From Vicugna vicugna (Eukaryota): a DNA stretch of 64,000 bases. The position numbers were made by a program, and so were the translations under genes. The stretch spans positions 1,460,244 to 1,524,243 of the forward strand of contig MU058252.1 in the NCBI GenBank assembly GCA_013265495.1, in the 5' to 3' direction. Positions 10,131 through 23,083 of this stretch are shown piece by piece. Within the stretch, counting starts at the first letter, position 1, and each line of letters opens with the position of its first letter. The notes under the pieces are model-generated. The model had not been told where the DNA came from, did no database searches, and saw nothing but the letters and a program-made list of their open reading frames with translations.

Positions 10131-13100
10131 ATCCACACTTATTTTTTAAATTGGGAGAAATGTCTTTCTTGATGCTACCTATCAAACTAACTCTGTTCAT
10201 TTATTCAGTCCTATTAGGTACTTATTATATTTAGAGTTAATGTAAAGAGCATATGAAGAAATGCATTTCCAACACATTTACTTTGTGTTACCCATTATTT
10301 ATCAATATTTGAAATATGTAGGTTGTTTCGACCAACTGTATTCTAGTAGTAACTGTAGTAATTAATTACTCAATTACTTAATACTTAGTGTCTTAAGGTC
10401 ACAGGAGAAAACTGTTTCAAATTTAAATTTATATGCATATTTTCGTTGCAGACACATGGGAGCAGGCCAACAAAGTCAGAAATGGACTTCTAAATATAAA
10501 AAGTTTACTAGATTAGATTAAAATTCTGTAGGGGAAGGGAATTCAGGAAACTAATAATAATGTAAAAATTCTGACTATTATATACAAGGTTAACTCTTAA
10601 ACCTATTTTTAATTTTAAAAACTGTGGTAAAATATACGTAACATAAAATTTACCATCTTAACCATTAAGTGTACAGTTCAGGAGTGGTAAGCACATTCTA
10701 AAACTCTTTACCTTGCAAAACTGAAACTTTAACCGTTAAACAACCCCTCACCTTCCCTGGCAACCACCCTTGGACTTTCTGACCACCCAACACAGCCCAC
10801 ATAGGGGGAAATCATACAGTATTAACACAAGCTTTACTTTTGCATTTAAAAGAAAGGGTGGTAGGTCTAAAATTGCTATGACATACAGATTTCATTAGAT
10901 ATATTTAGTAAATATTTTAAAGTGTTAAAATGTCAGAAATCAAAACTTTTGCCACCACCTAAACTTATGAATGTCAATTCAAAAGGCGTTAAGGTAATAC
11001 ATAATTTTCCAAGTTTCGTTTAGGGAGTGTGTGAGTAGAAAAGGAGCCCAGCGACCCTAAACTAGCCTTTTTGTTTCATATGTAAGAGATGAAATGGTTT
11101 GCGTATGGTCACACACCGGGTTGCCCGTGGCGCATCGGAGAAAACCTGTGACTCCTGATACCGAAGAGCCCTTTCCAACCACAGCCTCTTCTGTCCATGA
11201 ATCTTATATGTTTATTCCAATTTTAACCACACTGTTCACATATAATCTGTGTGAACACCTAAAATAGCCAAGAATCCTTTGTAATAAAAAAAAATACCCT
11301 GTATCTCTGGCACAAGTTATAATTTTATATAATAAACTTAAATAGATGAATCTGAATTTGGTAATAGAGAGAGTATTTTAAGTAAGATTAAGTGTATCAT
11401 CCTATAAATAATCAGTATACTATTATGGACTTTTAGAGGTAGGAGAGGCCTCAGAGGTCATCTAGTCTGAAAAATACAGAATAAATTAAGGCACAATGAA
11501 GTAAATTGTCTCCAAATAGCCTTCTGGAAATTCTGAACTATTTTTGAAATGTTAAAGATATGATTTATGTGACTATCCATAAATATTTCTTAATCTTGTA
11601 AAAAGGATCCTTTAAGAAACTTCAAAATAAATGAATGAAATCCAATAATTTAAAACTCAAGTGCTGTTATTTCTACAAGATCTTGGATTATATGTTCATG
11701 TGCTCACTGGAAGAAAAATCACATTTTCATTTCTTATATTTTATTTATATTAGAGCACTTCAGTATTAATTCAAATATCTATCCATTAAATGCAAAAATG
11801 TTAATGCAATATTAAAATGAAATTTAAATGAAAGCAAGGGGATATCGCATTAAGGTTCCCATGGCAACTCTCACTACACTTTTCAGCTTCTGAATTGTAA
11901 TATGGTCATTTATTACAGGCTCATATAAAATACAATTTTGCAAATATTTAAAGATATATAGGTTAATTCATGTCAATTCAAAACTGCATATGCAATGTAA
12001 TATAATACAGCAGGCTAAGAATACTCCAAGTATTAACCCATATTCTTAATTTAGACATATCTACATGAAACAGATGCAAACTTCCTACATTTTGAATCAT
12101 CTGCAATTGAATAATCTCTGCTTTGGATAGCACCCACATGAATCATAGCATTTTGTAGTTCCCACAACAGTTGAAATCTGAACTTTATGTCACATAAATA
12201 CGAATATAGGTAGGGTCAAGTGTTTCTCTCTGTAGTTTTACTTAGTAAGAGTTTGAAATTACAGATCACACATTTTACCAGAGTAGGCAAACTATAAATT
12301 TATTAGTTCACACAAGTTGAAAGTCCAGGAATTGAATTATGTAGGAGATCAAATGATACTATCAAATCCCTACCTTTCTCATTGGCCCTGCTTTTTCTAT
12401 AACTTTCAGCAGTTTGTGTCAATGTGCTGAGAACTCAAAAAAATAAACATCTGTTAACCAAACAGTATCTCTTTGTTTATCTAAAGCAAAAAACTGGACC
12501 ACTACAAAGCTATATGTATAGAAAAAAATGTAGACAATCTAAATAGCCATCCTTAGGGGTAGGTTAAGCAAACTATGGTATAAAGAGCTTTGAAAGTGGT
12601 TAGATCAACATACTGATGTGGAAAGGGGTCCACAGCACATTGTTAGGTAAACAAAGCAAGTATAAGGCAGTAGGTACAGTAAGGAATAAACAGGAACAAA
12701 GCAAAACAAGAAGCCAAACACGATGGTGGAAACAATGTGTGTATCAATATAGAGAGCAGTCTAGAATGAGGTACACCAAACACTGAGCAGAGCTCTCTGG
12801 ATGGTGGCTTTATTTCTTGATTTTTCAGATGTATATATTCAAATGAATATAGTGAGGAATAAAGGATAAACTGTAAATAAAGTACTGTCGGCTGTTACAG
12901 GCATGAACACACTCATATTCTCCACCACTGAGAGCAGGAGTATACACTGGTAAAAACCTCGAGACATTGGATAACCTGAACAAGCTGCAGCAAATCTATT
13001 TCTATACTCTTTCTTGAAAAATAATTGGGAAATTGGAAACTACTCACACATTCAAGAATAATTAAATAATAGTTAATTAGTTAAATAATCATATATCTAT

Positions 13101-13839
13101 AAGAGGGGACACTAAGTATCGTATCATAGAATATTCCTATGGGAAAATACTATTGATAACATGACGGGTCAGGATGCCCTTAGCCGCAAGTAACAGAAAA
13201 CCCCGACTCAGCTTAAATTATAAAATATAATAACCACAGCAGCTGAACACCCATTCACCTCTAATTCCTCCTGAAACCAAACTACAGTGACAGAAAAGGG
13301 GAAAAAGTAAAATTCCATAAAGACAAAGAAAGGGGGAGGGGACAACAGCAACACAATCTTTGAAGCCAGAAGCTGGAGGATGGGGACAGGTGTGTGGACC
13401 CAGTGGCACAGATGACACGGACACCTAAAGCAGGCAGTTCAGAAACAGGCTGACTTACCCGTCAGAACTCAAAACATACACGAGAAGTGACACATTTGGG
13501 AAGTGGGAGTGCAGGGGAAGAATTTACATGAGAAATGAGAACCCAGGTCTCCCCAAGAAATCAAAACCTACTTGCAGATTTTAGAGGCTAGTGTCCCTCC
13601 CACATCAGAGCGTTAACTTTTTACAAAATGTTGAGGCCAAAGTGCCCTAGTCGTATGTGTTCACGTGTATATGTTGTAATTCCTTTAACATGTGATAATG
13701 AGTTATGAGATACATTAAAAATGTACCTTAATGAGCTGATTAGAACATCGCCAAATCTCATTCTGCTGTACCCTTCTTTTGCTATCTTCAGCGTGGAATA
13801 TTTAGTTTTGCTTGTCTTTGCACCTTATTTTTAAAAGAA

Positions 13840-14300
13840 TCTTCACAGAAAAACTTAAAAATGAGTGTTCATAGCAGCATTATTCACAAAAACCCCAAAC
13901 TGGAAACAACCCAAATGTCCATCAAGTGAAGAACAGATTTTTTAAAGTGGTATATTTTCATAACAGAATATTCTATGGCAATAAAAAGTAATGAAGTACT
14001 GACACTTGCTGGATTTTGGAAGAATCTTGAAAACATTATCCTAAGTAACAGAAGCCTCACAAAAGGCCACATATTGTGTGATTCCATTTATAGGAAATGT
14101 CCAGAACAGGCAAATCTATAGTCAGAAAGTAGATTAGCGGTTGCCAGGGGCTGGGAATAATGAGTGATAGTGGACATGGAGTTTCTTTTGAGGGTGATGA
14201 AAATTTTCTAAAATTAGTTCTAAACAGCTCTGAACTAAAACCATCAGAGTATACTTTAAGTGGGTCATTTTTGTGGTATGTGAATCATATCTTTAAAAAA
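13840..14300 (+). mobile_element. Old L1 (L1ME/MB-like) 3' end
   Basis: TGTTCATAGCAGCATTATTCACAA...TGGAAACAACCCAAATGTCCATCAA...GTTGCCAGGGGCTGGG. Confidence 0.85.
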
Positions 14301-16939
14301 CTATCAAGAAAAGGTATTATACTGAATGTATATTTTGGCAGTATCTTTTAAGAAAATTCAACCTTATGATTCTAAGATTTATCTAATGTTTATCCATCTT
14401 GCATAATGCGTTCATCTTTCTAGTGCTTCATAAAATACACTACCGTTTGCTTATCCATTCTATGGTGAATGGATATTTTAGTCGATTCTGGCTTTGCTGT
14501 TACAATGCTAATATAATTATACATCTCTCTTACTGCTTATGAGCAAGAATTTCTCAAGGATCTATACTGGACTAAAGGGTTAGGTGTGTTTAACTTTATA
14601 AAATAACGCCAAATAAGTTTCCCAAATTCCACATGGCTTTGCATTCCCACCAGCACTGAATTAGATTTCTCTCTGTCGCGTATCTTCTTCAGCACTTGGT
14701 ATTGCCAGCCTTCAGGTTTCTGTCAGCTAGATGTGTATGGAATGACATTAAGATCTTAACTTGTATTTCTATTACCAATGAGACCGAACCTCATTTCACG
14801 TTTTTGTGGGGTTTTTTGTTTGTTGTTTTTCACCATTCTTGTTTCTCCTTTGGTGAAATGCCTCCAGGTGTTCTGCCCATTTTTCTATGCATTAATTCTT
14901 CCTTACTGACTTGTGTGTACACCATATAAACACACAATTCTAATGAATTAGAAAATTGAACAGAAACAATGTGTATATATATAATTATATATAGATTCTG
15001 GATGTCAAACACATATTGGCTGCAGATACACTTTCAGTTTGTAGCTTTTCACTTTATTTTGATGAATAAAAATTCAGTTTTAATGTGGTCAAAATTTTCT
15101 TTCCATTATGATTGATTGCTTTTTGTGTATTGGAAGAATTATTTCCATACTCTAAGATCATAAATATATTTTCATATGGTTTTCTGCAGTTTTTAATGTT
15201 TCGCTTTTACATTTATATCTTTAATCATCGGAATGGATTTTTTTGAAAATATACATTAAATAAGATTTAGCGTCATCTTTTTCCACATGTATCTCTCGTC
15301 CTTGCTACAACCTGAGCAGGCTGTTTCCACGGAGACTTGCTACTTCTGACACATATTAAGCTCCACACATGGGTGGGTTTGCTCTCCTGCTTTATATCCT
15401 TTTCTGTTTATCCCTGTACCAATAACACTCCATCTTAATCATTTTAGCTGCGTAATAGCTTTCCATGTAATAGAGTAAGTCTCCCTACCGCAGTCCTCTT
15501 TGAGAACAGAGCAGCGTTAGAAGTGCGGGGCTCAGATTTCCTGTGAGAGTGAATCTGCCACAGTGGGTGGGGTTAATTGACAGCTTTCAGCGAAAACATC
15601 TAGATCTGCTGCAGCAGCTGAGCAGAGGTAATGTCCTTCCCAGGCAGCTACCGAGTGCCCGAGCAAGGCAGGAGTCCTGAGGCCTGGTTGTTTCTGCTCC
15701 GTGTAGGGCTCCTCCACAGTCTCGGCTCCAGAAGGACAAGACTTTCTCAGAGCTGTGCTGCCAGTCTGAGATTCTTCTTGCCAATGCTCCTTCCTTCCTT
15801 CCTCCACCTAAAGGTGTCAGACCCGCAGCACATTCTGAAGGCTTTCCTGGCCTAACCCGGCTCCTTCTCCTTTGTAGCCATCACATCTTATACTTCTAAC
15901 CCATGTTGGCATCTGTCTCCTAGAAGACCTGAAATGATACAGAGTCCTGGCTATTCTTGGTTCTCTGCTCTATAAATTTACGAATGTTAAGAATCACTTA
16001 AGTTCCAAAATGAAGGGCAACAAAAGTAGGATTTTGACAGGAATTGTATTGGATCAATTCATCAGTTGCAAAGTCGATGTCCTTACAATATTGAGTCAAT
16101 TCATGAACATGCTTCCTCTCTCCATTTACTTAGGTTTTCTTTAAAGTGTCTTTCAATACAGCCTTGTACTTTTCTCAAAAGGGTCTTGCATATTTTCGTG
16201 ATTCCTAGGAAATCTTATATTTTTAGTTATGATCCAAATTGTGCATTTTTAAAATCCATCTTTTCTAATTCTGTTGCTGGTATTTAGAAAAATTTTCATG
16301 TTGATATTTTAACTGGCAAATTCATTAAATTCTTAATTCTAAAATCTATTTCTAGATGGGTTTCGGTTCCCACGTACACAACTGTAGAGTTATAAGAATG
16401 ACAATTTAGTTCTTCCTTATGCCTTTTATTGATATTCCTTGCCTTACTGTGCTTACAGTTTAAGTACAATGTTGAATACAAGTGATAGCAGACATTCTTG
16501 TCTCGTTTTTGATTTTAAAGGGAATGCTTCTACTATTTCACTGTTTAGTAATGTTTACTGCGAGATTTTTTTGTAGATACTTTATCAGTTCAAAGAAAGT
16601 ATCTTCTATTCTATGGTAAGAGTTAATATCATGAAAAGATGTTGAATTTTATTAAAAGCTTCTCTGTATCTACTGATAAAATATTATTTTTTAGTTTAAT
16701 CTGTGAGAAACTTAGTGATTTATTATTATGAGATTACTGAAATCTATCAAATACTTTTTCCGCATTGCTTGTTATCTTAACTTTTTCCCATTGAATCCAG
16801 TTTATGTGGCAAATTTTACTGACTGGCTTTCAAATGCTAGACCCACCTGTGTTCCTGGTATAAACCCAACTTTGTCATGATGTCTTTGAATTATTTTTTA
16901 TTGTGTTCAGTGTTCTTTTTTTAAAACATATCTTTTTTC

Positions 16940-18670
16940 TTCCCATTTAATTGAGATATAAGTGACATACAGCACTGTGTTAAGTTTAAGGTTACAACAT
17001 GATTTGATTCTCATACATCATGAAATGATTACCTCAGTGTGTTTAGTCAACATCCATCATTTCATACAGATACAAAATAAAGGAAATAGAAAACATTTTT
17101 TCCTTCTGATGAGAGCTCTCACAATCCTCTCTTAACAACTTTCATATACAACATAAAGCAGTGTTAATCAACCATATTGTACATTACACCTCTAGTACTT
17201 ACAACTGGAGGTTTGACCTTTTGACTGCCTTCATCCAAGTGCCCCCTCCTCACCCTCTGCCTCTAGTAACCACAAATATGATCTCTTTTCCTATGAGTTT
17301 GTTTTTGAAGTATAATTGATCTCCAACACTATGCTCATTCCTGTTACATACAGATTCAAGATTTCTATACTTTTTAAAATGATCACCATGGTATTTCTAG
17401 TTATCACCTGTCACTACACAAAGATACCACATAATTATTGACTCTCTTCCCTGCACTGTACATTTCACACCCATTATTCATTTATTTTGTAACTGGAAGT
17501 CTGAACCTCTTAATCTCAGCTATTTCTCTCATCCCCCCTCTGGTAACCACCTGTTTGTTCTTCGTATCTAAGACTCTGTTTCTGTTTTATGTTTTATGTT
17601 TGTTTCATTATGTGAAATCATATGAGTGAAATCATACAATATTTGTCTTTCTCTGTCTCACTTATTTTATTTAGTATAATATCCTCTAGGTCCATTCATG
17701 TTGATGCAAATGGCAAGACCTCATTCTTTTTTATTGCTGAGTAATATTTCACTGCATGCGTGTGTATACATACCACATCTTCTTTATCCATTCATCTACT
17801 GATAGACATTTAGGTTGCTACCATATCTTGGCTATTGTAAACAGCGCTGCAAAGAACACTCGGGTACAAGGGTGCATATATCTTTTCTAATTAGTGTTTT
17901 CATTTTCTTCAAATAAATACCCAGGAGTGGAAATGGTGGATCATATGGTAGTTCTATTTTTTAATTTTTTGAGGAATCTCCATACTGTTTTCCATAGTGG
18001 CTGCAACAATTAACATTCCCATCAACAGTGTGCTAGGGTTCCTTTTCTCCACACCCTTACCAAAATTTGTTATTTGCCATATTTTTTTATAACGGACATT
18101 CTGCTAGGTGTGAGGTGGTATCTCATTTTGTTTTTGATTTGCATTTCCCTGATGATTAGCAATGTTGAACATCCTTTTCGTGTGCCTGTTGGCCATCTGT
18201 ATGTCTTCTTTGGAGAAATGTCTATTTATATTCCTCTGCCGATTTTTTAATTGGGTTTTTTCAATGTTGTGTGAGTTCACTGTATATTCTGGATATTAAC
18301 TCCTTATCAGATAATTGTTTGCAAATATCTTCCTCTCTTCAGTAGGTGGCCTCTTCATCTTATTGAGTTTCCTTCACTGAGCAAAAGCTTTTTGATATGA
18401 AGTAGTCCCATTTACTTAGTTTCCCTTGCCAGAAGAGATATGTCCAAAAAAATATTACTATGACCAATGTCAAAGAGCACCCTGCTTATTTTCTTCTATA
18501 AGTTTTATGAGTCTTTATTTAATTCTTTAATCCATTTTGAATTTATTTTCATGCATGGTGTGAGAAAGTGGTCCATCTTGATTCTTTGGCATGCAGCTGT
18601 CCAGTTACCCAACCCCATTTACTGAAGAGGCTGTCATTTACCCATTGTAGTCTTTTCTCCTTTGTATTGG
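16940..18670 (-). mobile_element. L1 (L1MA9/artiodactyl-like) 3' part
   Basis: TTGAGATATAAGTGACATACAGCACTGTG...CCATTCATCTACTGATAGACATTTAGGTTG...GGTGTGAGGTGGTATCTCATT. Confidence 0.9.
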
Positions 18671-20685
18671 CTTTATTGATCCTTTATTACATTTTCCCCA
18701 TTTTATTAATCTCTGCTCTTGTAATTACATTTCTTCTACTTGGTGAAGGGGATTTAATTTGCAATTTATTTTCTTCTTTAGGGAAATACTTATTTAGCTC
18801 CCATTTAGCCTTTCCTCTGATTTAATAAAAGGGTTTAAGGCTATAAATTTGGCCCGAAGTACTGTTTTAACAATACTCCTCAAATTTGATATAAATATCA
18901 TTAAATAAATATATTTTGTATTTTCTATTGTGAGATCTTCAATCTGTTTGAAGTTTATTCCTTACTTTTGAAATTTATGGAGAATTCCTAGTTTTTGTTA
19001 CTGATTTCTGGTTTAATTGTATTGTCCCTGGAGAACTTGTTCTGTGCATTCAATCCTTTGAATTCTGTGGACAGAGCTTTATGGCTGAGTACATGGTCAC
19101 TCTAAACTGCCATAAGCATCCTGGGAAAGAATGTACCCTGCACTGGATGAGTGATGTGGTTTGTGTATCATCCTTCGATCTTTAGTATCCTGACTGATGT
19201 TGTTTACTTCGTCTACCAATTACTCGGGCATGAAAATCTCCAAACATAATTCCTAACTTCTCTATTCCCCTTATGTCTGTAAACTTAATGTCATCCTGGT
19301 GAATTAAAAATTCTATCAATTTCCTTCTTTTATCTTTACCTTTAGTAAGAGATCTTCGTCTTCTTACCTGAGTAGCTTTTGTCTGATATTACTATGCACA
19401 TACCAGCTTTCTCCTGATTTGCACTTAATGGAGGACGCTTTTCCATTCCCTTAATATCAAAATTTAAAACTTTTTTTCTATTCTTGAGTGATTATTCTAG
19501 AAATCATAAGCTGCAACCTCTTTGTCAGTATCTAATGTCGATACCTTTCCTTCTCTGGACAACGTAAGGACTTTAGGATGTTAACTTCGTATACCCCGAC
19601 ACCTGACCCTCCCCACCTGACGTATACATACGCATGACTATTTGGGGGGGAGTCATTTTTTTCTGCAGTTTTTCACCCAGGGATTTGGGTTTTTTGTGTG
19701 TCATGTTACCTTAGATTGTATTTTGGACACTGCATTTAAGAATTCACTTTTAGAAATAATCTGAAAACTGTAAATGATATTGTCATTCTCCGGAGAGGAT
19801 TTCTGTTTTGGCAGGACACATTCTGCTGTTACTGGAAGTCCCCCTAAATGACTGTCGGGAGGGGAAGTTCAAATTACTGATTCAAGTCTGGTGATGATTA
19901 TCGTATTTTTTTCAGGTTTTTTTTTTTCTTGAGATCGTTTTAGTAAGATCCATCCATTGTCTCAGTCTTCAAATTTATTGATATGAGTTGTTAATATTCT
20001 AAAGTCTCTGCTCTATTTATGGTCATGTTCTCTTGTTCATTTCTGAAATTGAGCTCTTGCTCTTCTTGGTCATTTGATTTTATTGCTCCTATTGTGTTTT
20101 CTATTTCATTAATTTCTACTCAGTTTTTTTCTCCTGTCTTTGAGTTTATTGTTTTTCTAACAAGTTGTATGTTAGTATTTTCTAACTGTGACTATTTGAC
20201 TTATTTAGAAACTTTTTTTTCTAAATTTGGAAACTTTCTAGTTATCCTTTTTGTTGCTGACTTCTGACAATTGCATGATAAAGAAAAATGATCTCCATGA
20301 TACTGACTCTTTAAAATTTGATGTCTTCTCATAGTATGTGATCAATTTTCATAAATTTTCCTTGTGTTCAAATTACACATTCTTATTTTGTAAGCAGGGT
20401 TCTACATATGTTCACTAGGTCAAGTCTGACCTTGTGCTTAGATTCCTTAACTGATTTTTTTAAACTGACTGGTCTCCCAGATATATTAAAATATCCACTG
20501 TGATGGTGACTGTCAATTTCTCCTTCTAGTCCTCTAAACTTTTTCCATTTTTGAAGATTTTTACAGAGGACATATAAACGTAACCTATCATTATCTAGAG
20601 ATCTTCGTTAAAACAGAAAATATCAGTACAGTTAAAGTCTACTTACACAGCTACAAGAGCTTCCTTTGATATTTCTCTGGTCTTT

Positions 20686-20832
20686 AAAAAAATTTTTTTA
20701 ATTAATTGTTTTTGTGTTGTGGGGGAGAGTAATTAGGTTTATTTATTTATTTTTTAATGGAGGTGCTGGGGATTGAACCCAGGACCTCCTGCATGCTAAG
20801 TATCTGCTCTACCCCTGAGCTACACCCTCCCT
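20686..20832 (-). mobile_element. Vic-1-like SINE
   Basis: Reverse complement of the same SINE consensus; TSD-like CTCTGGTCTT on both sides. Confidence 0.9.
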
Positions 20833-21675
20833 TCTCTCTGGTCTTAATCTTTAGGCTCTCAGCCTTTCTGTATCTTTGTTTTAGATGAATTTCTTTAAAA
20901 AGCATATTGTAGATTGTTAAAGATCTAGCCTAATGACCCAACATTTTTTGCAGAAGACTTTGACACATTTATAACTGGAATTATCCTTCTCACACTGCTC
21001 ATTTGTCCTATCCACTTTTTCTCCTGTGTGTGTTCACGTTTTGTTTCTCTCATTTCCCTTTTGCCTCAACATATACTACTGGAGCATGTGCTACTTTGGT
21101 TTTTTTAGAGGCAGTTCTTCAAACTGTCAAGTTCACACTGAAGTCTAAAATTGGTCCATATCTTTACTCTCCTTCAGAATACAAGCTATTTAGATCAATA
21201 GAATTTCAATTACCTACCTTACCTGGACTAGGTTTACAGGCAATAAGACATCCAGAATCTCTCATGTTTCTTATGTTTCTTCCTCCCACAAAGCAGACAT
21301 TGTTTTACACCCTCAGTATTTCTTTAGATGACTCAAGTGCTTGCTGTTTCCTTTACTCACTCTTATTTCTTATATTTCAGACTTTGGGATGATATTCCTC
21401 CTTCCTTGAAGTATATCTTTTAGAAGCTCCTTTAGTGAGGCAATTTTCACGGTAAATTCTCAATTTCTGTTCACCTGAAAATGTCATTTCACCTTCGTTC
21501 TTAGACAATCCATGTGGAACAGTAGTCTGCATCCACGTTTTCTGGAATGATACTAATAATCCAGCATTTGAGAGTTGAAAGCTGAAAACTTCAGACAAAG
21601 GAAGGAATAAGGCAAGCACTATTCTAATTTTATACAGCATTTACCAGACGAATGTCTGAAATACCTTTCATACGC

Positions 21676-21779
21676 TTTTTTTTTTTTAAGTTTTGGGGTT
21701 TTAAAATTTTTTTAATTTAATTAATTAATTTTCGTGCATGCTAAGCATGTGTTCTACCACTGAGCTATACTGTCCTCCT
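21676..21779 (-). mobile_element. Internally deleted Vic-1-like SINE
   Basis: GCATGCTAAGCATGTGTTCTACCACTGAGCTATA head joined directly to the T-rich tail; B-box segment is missing. Confidence 0.75.
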
Positions 21780-22556
21780 TTATATGCATTTTATAAAAAC
21801 TAGATTTCTCACAATGATCGTCCTGAGAAGCTCACCGGTAAGAAACGTATTTTATAATTCCCCTCTCCTTTTTTCCTAACAGGTGAACAGGATAAATACC
21901 CTAAGACTTGTAATCACTTGCTCCTTTTACTCTTCTGGTTCCGCCCTAGCGTCCCCGTCATCTGATCTGTGTTACTTAGGATGTGCCGTTTCTGTCTCTT
22001 TAAGGGTGATTCTTTTTACAAGTATTAAATTTTCCACAGTGTTCAAGAAATCCCATTGGTGTAACTCGTAGTTTAAAAGAATTTTTTATTAACCAGGATT
22101 CTTAATTCCTTCCAACATGTCAGATAACAAATCTTTTAAAGATAACTAAGTCTTTGGTCTGACACATTAATATATAATTGATAATTTAAGTTAATAAAAT
22201 TCATTATTTTTTAATCATGTTCCTGAAGAATAAGTTATGAATCTGTGAATAACAGTCCATTAAATTAGCGCTTCATTTATACAGAGGGGAAATGGAAACT
22301 CCTATCATATTCAAGGCCACAACTCTGCTAAGAGTTTCTAAGTTTTTTGTAAATACATGTAACAAATTCCCTGTACTTGACAGGGAGGGTACGAGCATTT
22401 CCATGACAGCTAAAAGAAGTACTCTCAAGTATAGCAAGAGATTGTCAACCTTACTAATCACACACCTTAAAAAAAAAATGTGTTTTATTGTTTTTTTTTT
22501 CTTTCAGAGTAAGCACACAGGCATCTACTGGGAGTTTTTTGGTTTGTCCTTTTGTG

Positions 22557-22668
22557 GCAGTGGAGGAGGGTAATTAGGTTTATTTATTTACTTTTTTAAA
22601 CTGGGGATTGAACTCAGAATTTCATGGATGCTAGACACATGCTCTGCCACTGAGCTCTACCCTCCCCG
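22557..22668 (-). mobile_element. Vic-1-like SINE
   Basis: GGTAATTAGGTTTATTTATT...GGGGATTGAAC...CCACTGAGCT. Confidence 0.85.
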
Positions 22669-22938
22669 CCACATTCTTATCAAAGGGAAAAATAAATGCA
22701 TATTCCCCTAATATGTAAGTATTTATAAATTACTTATGTGTAACATATTGCATGTAATAAAATACACAAAAATATAAATTAAAAAGGATGGACTATGAAT
22801 AAAATAAATATCTTAAAATATTTTAAAATACATTAATGGAAAGATAACATTTGAGGGCATATTGGTAAATGGGTGTGAATGACAGTAATGTGATCCAGTG
22901 TAATTTAACTTGATTGCCAACAGAATGCCATCATTTTA

Positions 22939-23083
22939 GGGGGAGGGTATAGCTCAAGCGGTAGAGTGCATGCTTAGCATGTACGAAGTCCTGGGTTCAC
23001 TCCCCAGTACCTCCTCTAAAAATAAATAAACCAAATTACCTCCCACTGCCCCCCGCCCCCCCAAAAAAACTTAAAAAAAAAAA
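22939..23083 (+). mobile_element. Vic-1-like SINE
   Basis: GGGGAGGGTATAGCTCAAGCGGTAGAG...; TSD ATGCCATCATTT on both sides. Confidence 0.92.

Larger units (their letters stand above)
4669..10200 (-). pseudogene. Putative highly decayed class A GPCR-like unprocessed pseudogene (tentative)
   Basis: Hand translation with frameshifts gives 7TM-like motifs in order; donor GAG|GTGAG at 9413 and acceptor (T)15AAG| at 4918. See findings. Confidence 0.3.
14400..21520 (-). mobile_element. Long, fragmented ancient L1 with nested insertions
   Basis: Degenerate antisense ORF2/3'UTR phrases throughout; interrupted by an MLT1-like LTR (about 15500-15940), a younger L1 (16940-18670) and a SINE. Confidence 0.7.
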
